NCBI GenBank assembly: GCA_050294405.1
Contig: JBNKOC010000001.1
Span: forward strand, 32,001-96,000
Origin: Fibrobacteria bacterium
GTDB lineage: Bacteria > Fibrobacterota > Fibrobacteria > UBA11236 > JADFYW01
Direction of reading: 5' to 3'
DNA length: 64,000 bases
The notes below the pieces were generated by a model. The model saw nothing but the letters and a program-made list of their open reading frames with translations. It had not been told where the DNA came from and did not search any database. The position numbers were made by a program, and so were the translations under genes. Below, piece after piece: positions 1 through 10,251 of the stretch. The number at the start of each line of letters is the position of its first letter. The first letter of the stretch is position 1.

Positions 1-1
1 G

Positions 2-538
2 GTCATGACCAGCCTTAGGAGCACCATTCGCACCATTGGGCAAAAAGAACGCTCTTCCAAATCCCTTTTAGTCAAAGTAAATGATTTTATGGGGCTTGAT
101 TTGCAAAGAGATAACAGCTTTATCACCTGCATGTGTCTGGTCATTAATGCCACAGGCGATAATATGAATTTTACCCGGGCAGGGCACCCTAAAATTGTTT
201 CCTATAACCAATATGATAAGCAGCCTAACTGCATTCCTTGCCGGGGTATTGCTCTTGGAATGGTTATTGGAACCGAGTTTGAAGAAATGCTGGAAGAAGT
301 ATCCATACAGTTGAGCAGGGGAGATCATTTTGTAGCTTACACAGATGGGTTGGATGAAGCCATGGATGCCAATAAACAGGCTTATGGGTTGGACAGGCTT
401 ATGTCTTTGTTGGGACAGGGCCGTGATAAGCATCCAAATGAAATTGTGGATGATATTTTAAAGGATGTTAAAACCTACATTAACGGCCATAAGCAGTACG
501 ACGATTTGACTCTATTTGCCATGGAACGGGTAGGTTAA
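2..538 (+). CDS. PP2C/SpoIIE-type Ser/Thr phosphatase, C-terminal part (gene begins before the window)
   Basis: Motifs FITC, RAGHP, YTDGLDEA and YDDLT typical of SpoIIE phosphatase domains; frame is open to the window edge. Confidence 0.9.
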   Translation, partial: VMTSLRSTIRTIGQKERSSKSLLVKVNDFMGLDLQRDNSFITCMCLVINATGDNMNFTRAGHPKIVSYNQYDKQPNCIPCRGIALGMVIGTEFEEMLEEVSIQLSRGDHFVAYTDGLDEAMDANKQAYGLDRLMSLLGQGRDKHPNEIVDDILKDVKTYINGHKQYDDLTLFAMERVG

Positions 539-617
539 AAATAGCCCTTACAACTTAATCCGTCGTTGCATTCTTCGTTAAAACCCTCATTTACAAATAG
601 TAAACAGCGGATTTTTT

Positions 618-1712
618 TTACAACAAACCGTCTAATTCGGAGATGGAAATGCTTCTGTCAAACATGCGTTGTATGGTCCGAATTTTTTCCTGATCCGCAA
701 TTCCCAGTTTGGATACATGGCTTTTGATAACATCAAAAATTTGGCCAATGGGTTTTTTAACTCTGAAATAGGGAATGTCACTGGCCTCAATAATTTCTTT
801 GCAATGTTTGTTTAATTGTCCGGTGCCTGAAATTATCAATCCTGCGATTTTCCTTTGGTAGTCTTTAATATGAAAAAGCCCACTTAGGGTTACCAATAAT
901 TCATCACGGGTGCAGGGAACCACTACCAAAGTATTTTTCTTAAGGTCGCGCACAACCTTTTGGGTGGAGGCCGCTCCTAAAGTAAAACCGTGGATAATTT
1001 TATTGGGAGTTTGCGGGTTGCCAGAGATGGGCTGGTTAAAGAGAACGCTAATATCCAGAAGAGTGGGCTTGTCCAAAATAGGGGAATAATCCAGTCCACC
1101 AATTAGCGTCACCCCTTTGTTGTCGTAGGCCATTTTTATAAAATCAAGTGAGGAGGCGCGCTTCTCGTGGATAAGCCTGTTCAAAAGAACAAATCGCACC
1201 GGGTTATTTTCCTGGAGATACAGGGCCTGATTTAATGTGAGCTGGTCGAAAGCCCGGCCTATTCCTCCGTCGGAAACCACTAAAGGAGGGGCCTTTAACA
1301 TGGCGGAAACCTTGGCGTTGTTTAAATTAAAAATGGAACCTACTCCTGTATGTCCCGTGCCTTCGATAATTAAAAAATCATATTTTTTTTCCAGTTCCCC
1401 TACACATTCCATAATTCGCTTTTCCAAAGCTCCTGTGGATATTTTTCCCTGAAGAACCTCTTTGGTAAAATTTCTTTTAGCCAGCACTGGAGACATATAG
1501 GGGAGATCTTCGTGGAGTTTATAAACATCGGCCATCATGGCCACGTCTTTGTCCACATCAATGCCGTGGAAATTTAAGTGTTCCTGTCCTACGGGCTTAA
1601 TAAAGCCCACTTTTTTATAGCGCTTGCGGGCCAGATGGTACAAACCTACACTGGCTGTGGTTTTACCGCAATTTTGCCCTGTAGCGCCAATAAAAAGTTT
1701 CTTACAGGTCAT
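618..1712 (-). CDS. Stand-alone BioD-like (AAA_26) P-loop + DRTGG domain protein (phosphotransacetylase N-terminal-like)
   Basis: GQNCGKTT P-loop, GFIKPVG, IIEGTGH, LLNR; C-terminal DRTGG-like segment; no Pta catalytic domain. Confidence 0.8.
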   Translation of the reverse strand: MTCKKLFIGATGQNCGKTTASVGLYHLARKRYKKVGFIKPVGQEHLNFHGIDVDKDVAMMADVYKLHEDLPYMSPVLAKRNFTKEVLQGKISTGALEKRIMECVGELEKKYDFLIIEGTGHTGVGSIFNLNNAKVSAMLKAPPLVVSDGGIGRAFDQLTLNQALYLQENNPVRFVLLNRLIHEKRASSLDFIKMAYDNKGVTLIGGLDYSPILDKPTLLDISVLFNQPISGNPQTPNKIIHGFTLGAASTQKVVRDLKKNTLVVVPCTRDELLVTLSGLFHIKDYQRKIAGLIISGTGQLNKHCKEIIEASDIPYFRVKKPIGQIFDVIKSHVSKLGIADQEKIRTIQRMFDRSISISELDGLL

Positions 1713-2132
1713 TTAGTCATTATCAATGATGCAATCAAAAGTAATATCTGCAACTTTGTTAATCATGTTGGCCACAGAACAATATTTTTCCATGCTGAGT
1801 TGGCAGGCCTTTTCAAATTGCTTTTGAGAAAGGCCTCCTTTGGCGATAAAAGTAAGATGTATCTTTGTAAAAATGGATGGAATTTCTTCCCGCCTGTCTC
1901 CTGCTACTTTTATTTTAAGGTCCTGCACATCCTGCCTGGCCTTATTTAAAATGTGCAATACATCAAAACTTGAACAACCAGCCAGGGCAATAAGTAGGGT
2001 TTCCATGGGCCTTAAGCCCTCTTCGTCGCCCCCAATTTTTTTTGGCCCATCTAAAATGGCAGTAAAACCCTGTGAGTTTTTGGCTTCGAATTTATAAGGC
2101 CCAATTTTTTGTAATTCAATTTCTGTCGCCAA
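1713..2132 (-). CDS. OsmC/YhfA family protein
   Basis: GLRPMETLLIALAGCSSFDV and SMEKYCSV motifs; TTG start. Confidence 0.9.
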   Translation of the reverse strand: MATEIELQKIGPYKFEAKNSQGFTAILDGPKKIGGDEEGLRPMETLLIALAGCSSFDVLHILNKARQDVQDLKIKVAGDRREEIPSIFTKIHLTFIAKGGLSQKQFEKACQLSMEKYCSVANMINKVADITFDCIIDND

Positions 2133-2134
2133 AA

Positions 2135-2440
2135 CTATTCCCTTTCAAAACCTTCATCGCACAATTCTTCAAATCCCTCATTCAAAGGAATAACATCGCT
2201 AAATCCCATTTGCCCTAAAATTGGGGCTGCGGAATATACCCGATTACCGGAACGGCAGTGCAAATAGGTTTTTTTGTTTTTATCAGCTTGTGGCTCTTCA
2301 CCGTAATTCAAGCTGCTCAGAGGGACCAAATTTGCCAGCTTTAAATGGCCGGCATCCCATTCTTCTTGCTCTCGTACATCGAACAATTGGGCCTCGCCTT
2401 TTTCCAGTTCGCTTTTCATTTCTTCAAGATGTTCCATCAT
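2135..2440 (-). CDS. Single-domain rhodanese/sulfurtransferase
   Basis: DVREQEEWDAGHL and active-site loop HCRSGNR. Confidence 0.9.
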   Translation of the reverse strand: MMEHLEEMKSELEKGEAQLFDVREQEEWDAGHLKLANLVPLSSLNYGEEPQADKNKKTYLHCRSGNRVYSAAPILGQMGFSDVIPLNEGFEELCDEGFERE

Positions 2441-2461
2441 GGTAAAGCTGCTCCTTTTGTA

Positions 2462-3349
2462 TTACTGAAATAATGTAGAAGATAAATACCTATCGCCCCG
2501 GTCACAAATTATGGCGACCACGACGCCTTGCTCGATTTCGCTGCAAATTTTTAAGGCACAATGAACCGCGCCTCCAGAGCTCATTCCCGCAAAAATACCC
2601 ACTTTTTTAGCTAAATCTCTGGAGGTTTGCACGGCATCATCCTGAGATACATCAATAATTCTATCCACCCGTTTAGGGTCGAAAATTTTAGGCAAATAAG
2701 CCTTGGGCCAGCGTCTTATTCCAGGAATACAGGAGTTTTCCGTGGGCTGAGCCCCAACAATTTGCACATTTGGATTTTGCTCTTTTAAATAGCGGGAAAC
2801 CCCCATAATGGTTCCAGTGGTCCCCATGGCGGAAACGAAGTGGCTAACCTTGCCATTTGTATCCTTCCAGATTTCAGGTCCCGTTGAGCTGTAATGAGCC
2901 ATGTAATTATCCGGGTTGGAAAATTGGTCTAACATCACATGGCCGTATTTTTCAACCTGCTCACGGGCGTAGTCTATGGCCCCCTCCATGGATTTTTCGG
3001 CCTTGGTAAGTGTAACCTCGGCCCCAAAAGCCCGCATGGTTAATACACGCTCTCTGGTGGCGCTTTCTGGCATCACCAATTCTATTTGATAACCCAATGC
3101 AGTGGCAATCATAGCCAGAGCTATTCCGGTGTTTCCGCTAGTTGGTTCGATTATTTTTTGACCTGGCTTTAGGGTTCCCCTTTCAATGGCATTTTTTATC
3201 ATGGAAAGAGCGGGCCTGTCTTTAACGCTTCCACCGGGGTTGTTACCCTCCAGTTTGGCATAGAGTTTAACATTGGGTTTATCCACAAACTCGGAAAGCT
3301 CCAGCATAGGAGTGTTGCCAACCAGGTTTGCTATGGAATCACTTATCAT
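2462..3349 (-). CDS. cysM: Cysteine synthase B
   Basis: KLEGNNPGGSVKDRPA, TSGNTG, MGTTGT, IPGIRRWP and CDRGDRYLS match CysM. Confidence 0.93.
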   Translation of the reverse strand: MISDSIANLVGNTPMLELSEFVDKPNVKLYAKLEGNNPGGSVKDRPALSMIKNAIERGTLKPGQKIIEPTSGNTGIALAMIATALGYQIELVMPESATRERVLTMRAFGAEVTLTKAEKSMEGAIDYAREQVEKYGHVMLDQFSNPDNYMAHYSSTGPEIWKDTNGKVSHFVSAMGTTGTIMGVSRYLKEQNPNVQIVGAQPTENSCIPGIRRWPKAYLPKIFDPKRVDRIIDVSQDDAVQTSRDLAKKVGIFAGMSSGGAVHCALKICSEIEQGVVVAIICDRGDRYLSSTLFQ

Positions 3350-3969
3350 TAATTTTCGCTTTCAGCCTGAATTTTATAAAGTTCAAATTTTTTGCAATCC
3401 ATAGGCTCAATTTTATGTGCGTAACCGGATTGAATATCGCTAATGCCCTGTGCTTTGGGAGGGATTGAATAACATACATTTCCGTAGTCTCCGGAAATGA
3501 AAGGCACGGAAAGTTTCATGATTTTTAATCGTTTGCCCGTCCCTTTAGGTATAAATTCCTGGTAATCGTATTTGTTTTTCAAAAACTGGCTACGGCTGCG
3601 TTCGCTGAAATCAATTTTTCCCGTCCAGCTTTTTGGCAAGTCGACGGGTATGGTTTTTTCAAGCCGCAATTCCAAGTGGTCGTTCTTTTTAACAATTTTT
3701 CCATTTTTGGGATAGAGTAAAAGCCGGTATTCCGCCAAATTTTTATAGGCCCTGTAACTACGGGATTTTACGCCGCATACATCGCGCATGCTCACATTGA
3801 CGTTGAAATCTATTCCCTGGCAAATTTCCGGCATATCCAAGGGTACCTCTAGACCCTGTTTGTTGCTGCCACAACCTATCATAGAAAAAGATAAAAACAC
3901 AGTGGCCCATTCCAATACCCGGACCAATGAATTTAGAGGTCTTTTAATAATAGCCTTTGAGAACATCAA
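3349..3969 (-). CDS. Hypothetical lipoprotein
   Basis: Hydrophobic stretch ending in lipobox MIGC; stop overlaps the cysM start. Confidence 0.6.
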   Translation of the reverse strand: MMFSKAIIKRPLNSLVRVLEWATVFLSFSMIGCGSNKQGLEVPLDMPEICQGIDFNVNVSMRDVCGVKSRSYRAYKNLAEYRLLLYPKNGKIVKKNDHLELRLEKTIPVDLPKSWTGKIDFSERSRSQFLKNKYDYQEFIPKGTGKRLKIMKLSVPFISGDYGNVCYSIPPKAQGISDIQSGYAHKIEPMDCKKFELYKIQAESEN

Positions 3970-4015
3970 TTTTTAACAGCCCTTATGGAGTTTTGAGGTT
4001 AATAAAGGCAAACTC

Positions 4016-4813
4016 TTAGGGAGCTTCTTTTGCAATATCATCTTCTATAACACCCTTCTTTAGCAATCCGTAGCTAATGCCCGAAACGAGATATACAATC
4101 AGAATACTGAAAAGTATTTCGGGAAAGATCATGCCAAATCCGCAAATGTATCCCACCATCATTGTGGAAAGCTCCAATATGGAAACCCAAAGGCGTTTGC
4201 GTTTTTTAATTTTTGGCATGTAAAGGGGGCTCACCATTCCAAGACCCATTAATATCATAATAAGGGGGATGGAATATATCATCCGACTGTGAAGCTCAAA
4301 TAAATTGTATTCGTGAATGAGTATGATGCAAAGTACCACAAAGCCACCTGAAAAAGTGGAAGGGATTCCATGAAAAAAATCAGTTAATTCCTGGCTATCT
4401 TTAGAGTTATAACGGGCAAGACGCATGGCTGTGCAGAGCACATAGATGGTTAAAGAAATGAGTAGAAGTGGAAAATGAAGTCGAGCCCAGTTTTGGTCGT
4501 AGTTGCTTACATAGAAAAACCCAAGGAAGGCAGGGGCCACTCCAAAGGCAATTAAATCGGCCAAAGAGTCGAATTGAGCGCCAAAACCAGAGGAGGCGTT
4601 CATGATTTTAGCTGCAAAGCCGTCCAGTTTGTCCAGCATTGTGCACCAGATTATCATCCAACTGGCCAGGATAAGGGGTTCCCGGCCAAAGAGGGTATTG
4701 GAGAATTGCTCGGGAGGGTTATAGAATATGGCGCCTATAAGGACAGCCAATATGCCCAGCATAAAGGAAACGCTGGTAAAAAAATTGGGTACAATGTATC
4801 GGGTTTGGGCCAA
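4016..4813 (-). CDS. pssA: CDP-alcohol phosphatidyltransferase (phosphatidylserine synthase-like)
   Basis: VPNFFT and DKLDGFAAK...FGAQFDSLADLIAFGVAP signature, RLARYN, FHGIPS. Confidence 0.8.
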   Translation of the reverse strand: MAQTRYIVPNFFTSVSFMLGILAVLIGAIFYNPPEQFSNTLFGREPLILASWMIIWCTMLDKLDGFAAKIMNASSGFGAQFDSLADLIAFGVAPAFLGFFYVSNYDQNWARLHFPLLLISLTIYVLCTAMRLARYNSKDSQELTDFFHGIPSTFSGGFVVLCIILIHEYNLFELHSRMIYSIPLIMILMGLGMVSPLYMPKIKKRKRLWVSILELSTMMVGYICGFGMIFPEILFSILIVYLVSGISYGLLKKGVIEDDIAKEAP

Positions 4814-4869
4814 TCAAATTTCCTGGTTAAATGAAAGAGGAAATATAAATAATCTGGAAGGAGGTAGGA

Positions 4870-7464
4870 CTACCTTTTTGGAGGAGAAAAAGCCAAAATG
4901 AAGCCGTCTTGGGTGGAAACCATCACATTTTTTGAGCTTATTAATGGGTTTCCAGGTAAATCAGGGAGTTTAAATGAGGCTAACTGTTCATGGTTAAAAT
5001 TTCTCCACTCCAAGGAAGGTTCCACGGTGGCAATCCAGTATGAATCCTCTTGTACAGTGGGTTTATTCAAGAGTGGCAGCGAAAGCGGAGATTCGTTTAA
5101 AAAGCCCCCGTTTAAAGCATTAACACAAACAATTTTTTTGCCGGATGTGGTTAAAACAAGTAAATCCTTTTGATTGCCGCTGAGGCTAAAAATTTGATCG
5201 GAAAAATTACGGGTCCACAGTACTTTTTTGATGTTTTTATCAATGCATATTAAGAGCCCGTTGTCATAGCCTGCAAATACCAACTGCTTTTGGCTGTGTA
5301 TATCGGTTATGGTTCCCTCGGGTAATTTTAATTGGAACAATATTTCACCTGTAATGGGAGAGAGGGAATAATAGTTTCCGTTGATTTCCACAGCATCCAA
5401 ATTGGATTGCCCCTCCACCGAACTTAACAACAATGCATTTTTGGATATCTTTTTATTCCATCCAAGGAGCAAACCTTCTGTGGAATTCGGCTGAAATTTA
5501 GAAAGGTTTCCTTCCCAGTCCGAAATAAAAATTTGGTCTTTAATAAAGCTATGGCTGCAAATGGGAGCAAGAGGATGGCGTTCGAAATATTGGCTATCCG
5601 GTTGGCTTATGTTTAGAGCCATCAACCTTTCATTGCCCGAAAAGTATAAGGTTCCGTTATTAATATGGAACAGCTTACTGTCCATAGAATGGTTGGATTC
5701 CCATACATGTTTTAATTTTCCGCTTTGGCTGTTTATAAAAATCAGGGATTTATTATCCCTTCCCATATATACCAGGTTATTATCTGAGACCGCCATAGTT
5801 GGAAAAACAGAAGGGTTCGGTTCTCTTTTCCAAATCCAATTTGCGCCAAGGGCATTTTTAAATTGTTGCAATTGGGGGGAGTTTTTCCAGGCAGGGGTTA
5901 AAAGGCTTTGGCAATATTTTTTAAGGGCCTGTATGTGCAGATCCGAGTGAGGAGATTGGTTAGATAGGTATAGATACTTAAACTTCCAGGCCAGGCCATT
6001 TCCAGGTTCCATCTTTAAAACTTTATTGGCGAATTGCAGCCCTGCATTGGGCTCTCCGTTTTCCAGCTGTTGGATAAAATCTTCCAGCATGGAATTGTTC
6101 TTTTTATAGGCGACACCCATTAAGTCCACATTTAAACTGAGAGCTTGTCCATTGCGGTGGATTAAACTCAAGTAGCCGTTGGAAAGAAAAGGTATGAGTT
6201 CTTGATTGTAATCGGACTCATAATACCATTTGGCATCCCCCTTATAGTCAAAGGATATAAAGCGATTGTCGGGGGTACAAACAATAAATTCTTCATCTTC
6301 CAGCAGGATGTTATTGGCATTGATCACTTTTTCCCATTGGATTTTTCCGGTTTTAACATTTCTGAATTGGATTTGCCCTTCTTCCCCTGAAGTCAAAAGG
6401 TTTTTCCCGTCGGAATAAAAGGAAGATTTTTTAGAAAAAGGAACTTCCCATTTTTTTTCGTTAAAACGGCTTCCTTTCCAAAGTTGCAGTTTGGAGGACA
6501 GTTGCAAAATGGCGAAGTCATCGAATAACAGGGCTTTTTCAATGGACTCTTCGGCAGTGGGCAAAGGAGATATATATCCTGTCTGCGTATCAACGAGGTA
6601 GTTGAGGCTTTCCCGGCAGGCTAATATGCCCAGGGAGTTTTGAATGCCCCCATGCCATTGGCAGTTGCGGCCCTGGTAGGAAATGCTACGCAGCAGGGAA
6701 TTTTCTTTAAATACATCAATTTGGCCGGGGTAAACAATAAGAAACATATTCTCTTCTGAAGATATGATATGAGCCCCTTCAATATTTTTGGTGTATTCAA
6801 TTTGAAAATCCATTTTATCCTGAAGAGAGGCATATCGGAGATAGCGCCCTGTTCCTGCAAGGAGAAAATTCTGGCATAAATCATAAACCTTTTCGTTTCC
6901 CTTCAAATTAACATCCAGTTCTTCGTACTTGCCTGGGGCTTTAAATGCCGTGTAGCTTACATTGAAGGTGGAAAAACCCTTGCTTTTGGTCCAGGTCTGA
7001 AAATACAGAACGTCCTGGCTATGGCCTTTTTTCCTGGGGTACACGGTCCCAATTTTATAATATGGGCTTTTTTTGAATACCACAGGCTCTACCAAGTCTG
7101 GCTTTAAATTGGCCATGCGCCGGTAAAGCCAGGTTTGCAGCTCTTTGGGAAGTCCGTCTTCGCGAACCGATTGTTCGTAATACACAACCGCCGAATCAAG
7201 CTGGTTTAAGTGGTCGTATAAATTTCCCAAGTAAAAAAGCGCAAGAGTTTTTTCGGGGCTTTTGGTTTCTTTTTGTATGAATCTGGCCAATTCAGTTTTT
7301 GCCCAGTTCTTATCGCCTTCGATATCTGCTCTAAAGCGGATGGATTCTAAATACAATCGCGAATTGGAACTCTCTGAATTTAAAGGAGAAACATCCCATT
7401 CAGAAGCCAGGCAAATAGACGTCAGAAAAATCCCCGAATATATGTATCTGGTTGCTGCTCTCAA
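4870..7464 (-). CDS. Exported TPR + PQQ-like beta-propeller repeat protein
   Basis: Signal peptide, TPR-like helix pairs (ALFYLGNLY...YYEQ), repeated xxTGKIxW-type blades in two blocks. Confidence 0.7.
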   Translation of the reverse strand: MRAATRYIYSGIFLTSICLASEWDVSPLNSESSNSRLYLESIRFRADIEGDKNWAKTELARFIQKETKSPEKTLALFYLGNLYDHLNQLDSAVVYYEQSVREDGLPKELQTWLYRRMANLKPDLVEPVVFKKSPYYKIGTVYPRKKGHSQDVLYFQTWTKSKGFSTFNVSYTAFKAPGKYEELDVNLKGNEKVYDLCQNFLLAGTGRYLRYASLQDKMDFQIEYTKNIEGAHIISSEENMFLIVYPGQIDVFKENSLLRSISYQGRNCQWHGGIQNSLGILACRESLNYLVDTQTGYISPLPTAEESIEKALLFDDFAILQLSSKLQLWKGSRFNEKKWEVPFSKKSSFYSDGKNLLTSGEEGQIQFRNVKTGKIQWEKVINANNILLEDEEFIVCTPDNRFISFDYKGDAKWYYESDYNQELIPFLSNGYLSLIHRNGQALSLNVDLMGVAYKKNNSMLEDFIQQLENGEPNAGLQFANKVLKMEPGNGLAWKFKYLYLSNQSPHSDLHIQALKKYCQSLLTPAWKNSPQLQQFKNALGANWIWKREPNPSVFPTMAVSDNNLVYMGRDNKSLIFINSQSGKLKHVWESNHSMDSKLFHINNGTLYFSGNERLMALNISQPDSQYFERHPLAPICSHSFIKDQIFISDWEGNLSKFQPNSTEGLLLGWNKKISKNALLLSSVEGQSNLDAVEINGNYYSLSPITGEILFQLKLPEGTITDIHSQKQLVFAGYDNGLLICIDKNIKKVLWTRNFSDQIFSLSGNQKDLLVLTTSGKKIVCVNALNGGFLNESPLSLPLLNKPTVQEDSYWIATVEPSLEWRNFNHEQLASFKLPDLPGNPLISSKNVMVSTQDGFILAFSPPKR

Positions 7465-7483
7465 CTAGCCGCCTCCCTGATGT

Positions 7484-8185
7484 TTAACCTTCCAATTCGG
7501 GATCAAACTTATAGCCCACCCCGCGAACGCTTAGCAAATATTTAGGTTGGCTGTGATCCTCTTCTATTTTTTGTCTGAGTCTTGCGATTTGATTGTCTAC
7601 GGTACGGGTGGTGGGCATATTTTCGATGCTGTATCCCCATATATTTTGAAGTAAATCTTCCCTGGTCACCACTTCGCCTCTGTGGTCATTAAAGTATTTT
7701 AAAATTTGAATTTCTTTAGAGGAAATATCCAGCGGATCGCCATGTCGGCTCGCGGTGTATTTTTTAAAATTGATTTCAATATCTCCAATGGTCAAGGAAT
7801 CGCTGGGTTTATCGGGTTTTTTGTTTAAGCGGCGCAACATGCTTTTAATGCGGGCATTAAGCTCCATAAAACTAAAGGGCTTTGTCATGTAATCGTCTGC
7901 GCCCATGTTAAATCCGGATAACTTATCAATTTCATCGCTTTTGGCGGTGAGCATCAATATGAAGATATCCGGTTGGGATTTTCTGAGGGATCGGCATACA
8001 TCAAAGCCCGATTTTTTAGGAAGCATCACATCAAGCACAACCAGGTCGGGCTTCCAGTTTTGGGCGATGTCCAGGGCTTTTTCACCATCTTCCGCCTCTT
8101 CTATGGAATAGCCTTCCATTTCCAGGGTGTCTACAATTCCCAAGCGAATAGCTTCTTCATCTTCCACCACTAATATTTTGTTCAT
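7484..8185 (-). CDS. OmpR/PhoB family response regulator
   Basis: ILVVEDE, LDVMLP, LTAK, GADDYMTKPF, winged helix TRTVDNQIARLRQKIE...VRGVGY. Confidence 0.95.
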   Translation of the reverse strand: MNKILVVEDEEAIRLGIVDTLEMEGYSIEEAEDGEKALDIAQNWKPDLVVLDVMLPKKSGFDVCRSLRKSQPDIFILMLTAKSDEIDKLSGFNMGADDYMTKPFSFMELNARIKSMLRRLNKKPDKPSDSLTIGDIEINFKKYTASRHGDPLDISSKEIQILKYFNDHRGEVVTREDLLQNIWGYSIENMPTTRTVDNQIARLRQKIEEDHSQPKYLLSVRGVGYKFDPELEG

Positions 8186-8226
8186 ACGGCGTATTTTCCT
8201 TTAAAATGACTTACTAAATCCCGGTA

Positions 8227-10251
8227 TTAATTTCCATTTTTTGGGCTATTTTCAGCAATTTTTTCCTCAGGCAGACTTTCCGTGACATCTGGCAAATTTT
8301 TAAATACCAAGGTAAACTGGCTGCCTTTATTGAGTTTGGATTTCACAGAAATTTCGGCTTCGTGTTGATCCATAATTTGTTTCACTAAAGCTAGTCCAAG
8401 GCCCGTTCCTTTGGATTTTCGGGTAAGTTCGTCTTCGGCCCGATAAAATTTTTCAAATATGTACTTTAAAGATTCTGGAGCCATGCCAATGCCTTCATCA
8501 ATTACTTCACAAATCACCGCAGCTTCTTTCTTTTCAATATTTACCTGTACAGTGGATTCTGAATTGGAATACTTTAGAGCATTGTCTAAGAGGTTTTGAA
8601 ATACGGAACGAAGGGCTTCTTTATCCCCTAATACAACTGGAGCGCCCTCAATATTCACCTTGAGCTTAAGTTGTTTTTCCTGATAGGCATTATGGAGCAG
8701 AGGAGTCATTTCGGAAAGCAGCTCTTTTAAATTAACCGGCCGTTGTTCCAATTTGTAACCTTCATTATCCAAGCGGGTGGCATTGAGGATGTTTTCAATC
8801 ATGTTGTGTAGACGGTTGGATTCTTTTCCAATGAGACTGGCATATTTTTTAACTTTGGTTTCGGGGATGGTTTTATCGCTGCCTAAAATTTCAGATAGGA
8901 GGCGAATGGAAGTAAGTGGCGTCTTGAGTTCATGGGTAATGGCCGATAAAAAATTGCCTTTCATTTTTATCATTTTTTCTTCTTTGGAGATCCCTCGAAT
9001 AATGCTGAACGCCCCTAAAATCAGGGCCAAAAAGGAAAAACAAAGTAAGATGTATAGCAACAAAATTTTCGTTTGACCTAATTTTAATTTCCCGTCATCT
9101 TTGTGGGGAAAAACCATGATTTTCCATGGCAGGTACTGGGTGTTTAAAATTCTTTCCACGCCCCCTTCTGCGGGGACTGCCGCCCTGGAAACCCCTCCCA
9201 GGAGAATGTTATTCATATCAAAAATAGAAAAAGAAATATCGCTCCAGGGGGAGCCGGATAAGCGGGTGGTTTCGTTTTCAATTAAATCAAAAAACAGGGA
9301 TTGGTTGATTTTTGCCACAATTTGATTTCGGCTTTCTATCCAGGGAAATTTTATTTTTAAGTAGGGTTCCCGGTCGATGTATAAAACCTCCAAACCCTCG
9401 GTTAACACCTTTCCCTTGATTTGAAAAAGGAAGTCCGCCTTGGGTTTCCAGCTGCCGTAAACATAGGAGGCGTTTTTAAAAAATGTTTCTGAGCGGTTTA
9501 ATATATCCCAGATTTCGTCCCTCTTATCCCTGGGCAGATTTTCCATAGAGGTTAAAGCAATTAAAATTTCTTTGAGATAAAATTGGTACTCCCGGTAATT
9601 ATCGATATTTTTAAACTCTAAAAAATCGTTCACCAAGTACTGGCCGTATTCCAGGGTTTCTTTTTCCCACCCCAGTTGCTTAAAACACTGGAGTTTTAAA
9701 AGTTTAAATCCGAATTGGTAGGGGCTTCCCATGGGGCCTATTATGCGCTCGGATATATTGGATAAAAAGTAATCAATGGCCCGTATACATTCCCGATACC
9801 TTTGAGACTGGTAAAAGCCCTGGATGTTGTCTACCCAGCTTTGCAATCGGGGGTTGATTTCGGGCAGAAACATGCGCTTGGAACTTTGGTTTAAGGGCAG
9901 GGGAGGGAGCAAAATATTCTTTTTGTCGTATACCACAGCAGATTGGATGACTGGCAGAGAAAGCAAATCTGTAAGCACAAAAAAATGATTTTTGACCCGT
10001 CTACCGTGGGCGCTCACTATGAGCAAATCCTTTACCTGATCCAGATGTTCTTTTTCCGCCTTTTTTATGGTGCGCTCGCAAAAGGCCAAAAAATCTTCGC
10101 GGTGGGTAATAAGGCTTTTTTCCAAAACCGTTTTTTCATTTTTAATGGTTTTAAAACTGAGATAACCCAATATGATGCCAGGCACAGAAATGCTGAGCAA
10201 AAACATGAGTTGGATTCGGTTCTTAAAGGGAGCCATATGGCCAGTCACCAA
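8227..10251 (-). CDS. Membrane sensor histidine kinase
   Basis: Two TM segments around a large periplasmic domain; H-box HELKTPL, N-box NLLDNALKY, G-boxes DEGIG and GTGLGL. Confidence 0.95.
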   Translation of the reverse strand: MVTGHMAPFKNRIQLMFLLSISVPGIILGYLSFKTIKNEKTVLEKSLITHREDFLAFCERTIKKAEKEHLDQVKDLLIVSAHGRRVKNHFFVLTDLLSLPVIQSAVVYDKKNILLPPLPLNQSSKRMFLPEINPRLQSWVDNIQGFYQSQRYRECIRAIDYFLSNISERIIGPMGSPYQFGFKLLKLQCFKQLGWEKETLEYGQYLVNDFLEFKNIDNYREYQFYLKEILIALTSMENLPRDKRDEIWDILNRSETFFKNASYVYGSWKPKADFLFQIKGKVLTEGLEVLYIDREPYLKIKFPWIESRNQIVAKINQSLFFDLIENETTRLSGSPWSDISFSIFDMNNILLGGVSRAAVPAEGGVERILNTQYLPWKIMVFPHKDDGKLKLGQTKILLLYILLCFSFLALILGAFSIIRGISKEEKMIKMKGNFLSAITHELKTPLTSIRLLSEILGSDKTIPETKVKKYASLIGKESNRLHNMIENILNATRLDNEGYKLEQRPVNLKELLSEMTPLLHNAYQEKQLKLKVNIEGAPVVLGDKEALRSVFQNLLDNALKYSNSESTVQVNIEKKEAAVICEVIDEGIGMAPESLKYIFEKFYRAEDELTRKSKGTGLGLALVKQIMDQHEAEISVKSKLNKGSQFTLVFKNLPDVTESLPEEKIAENSPKNGN

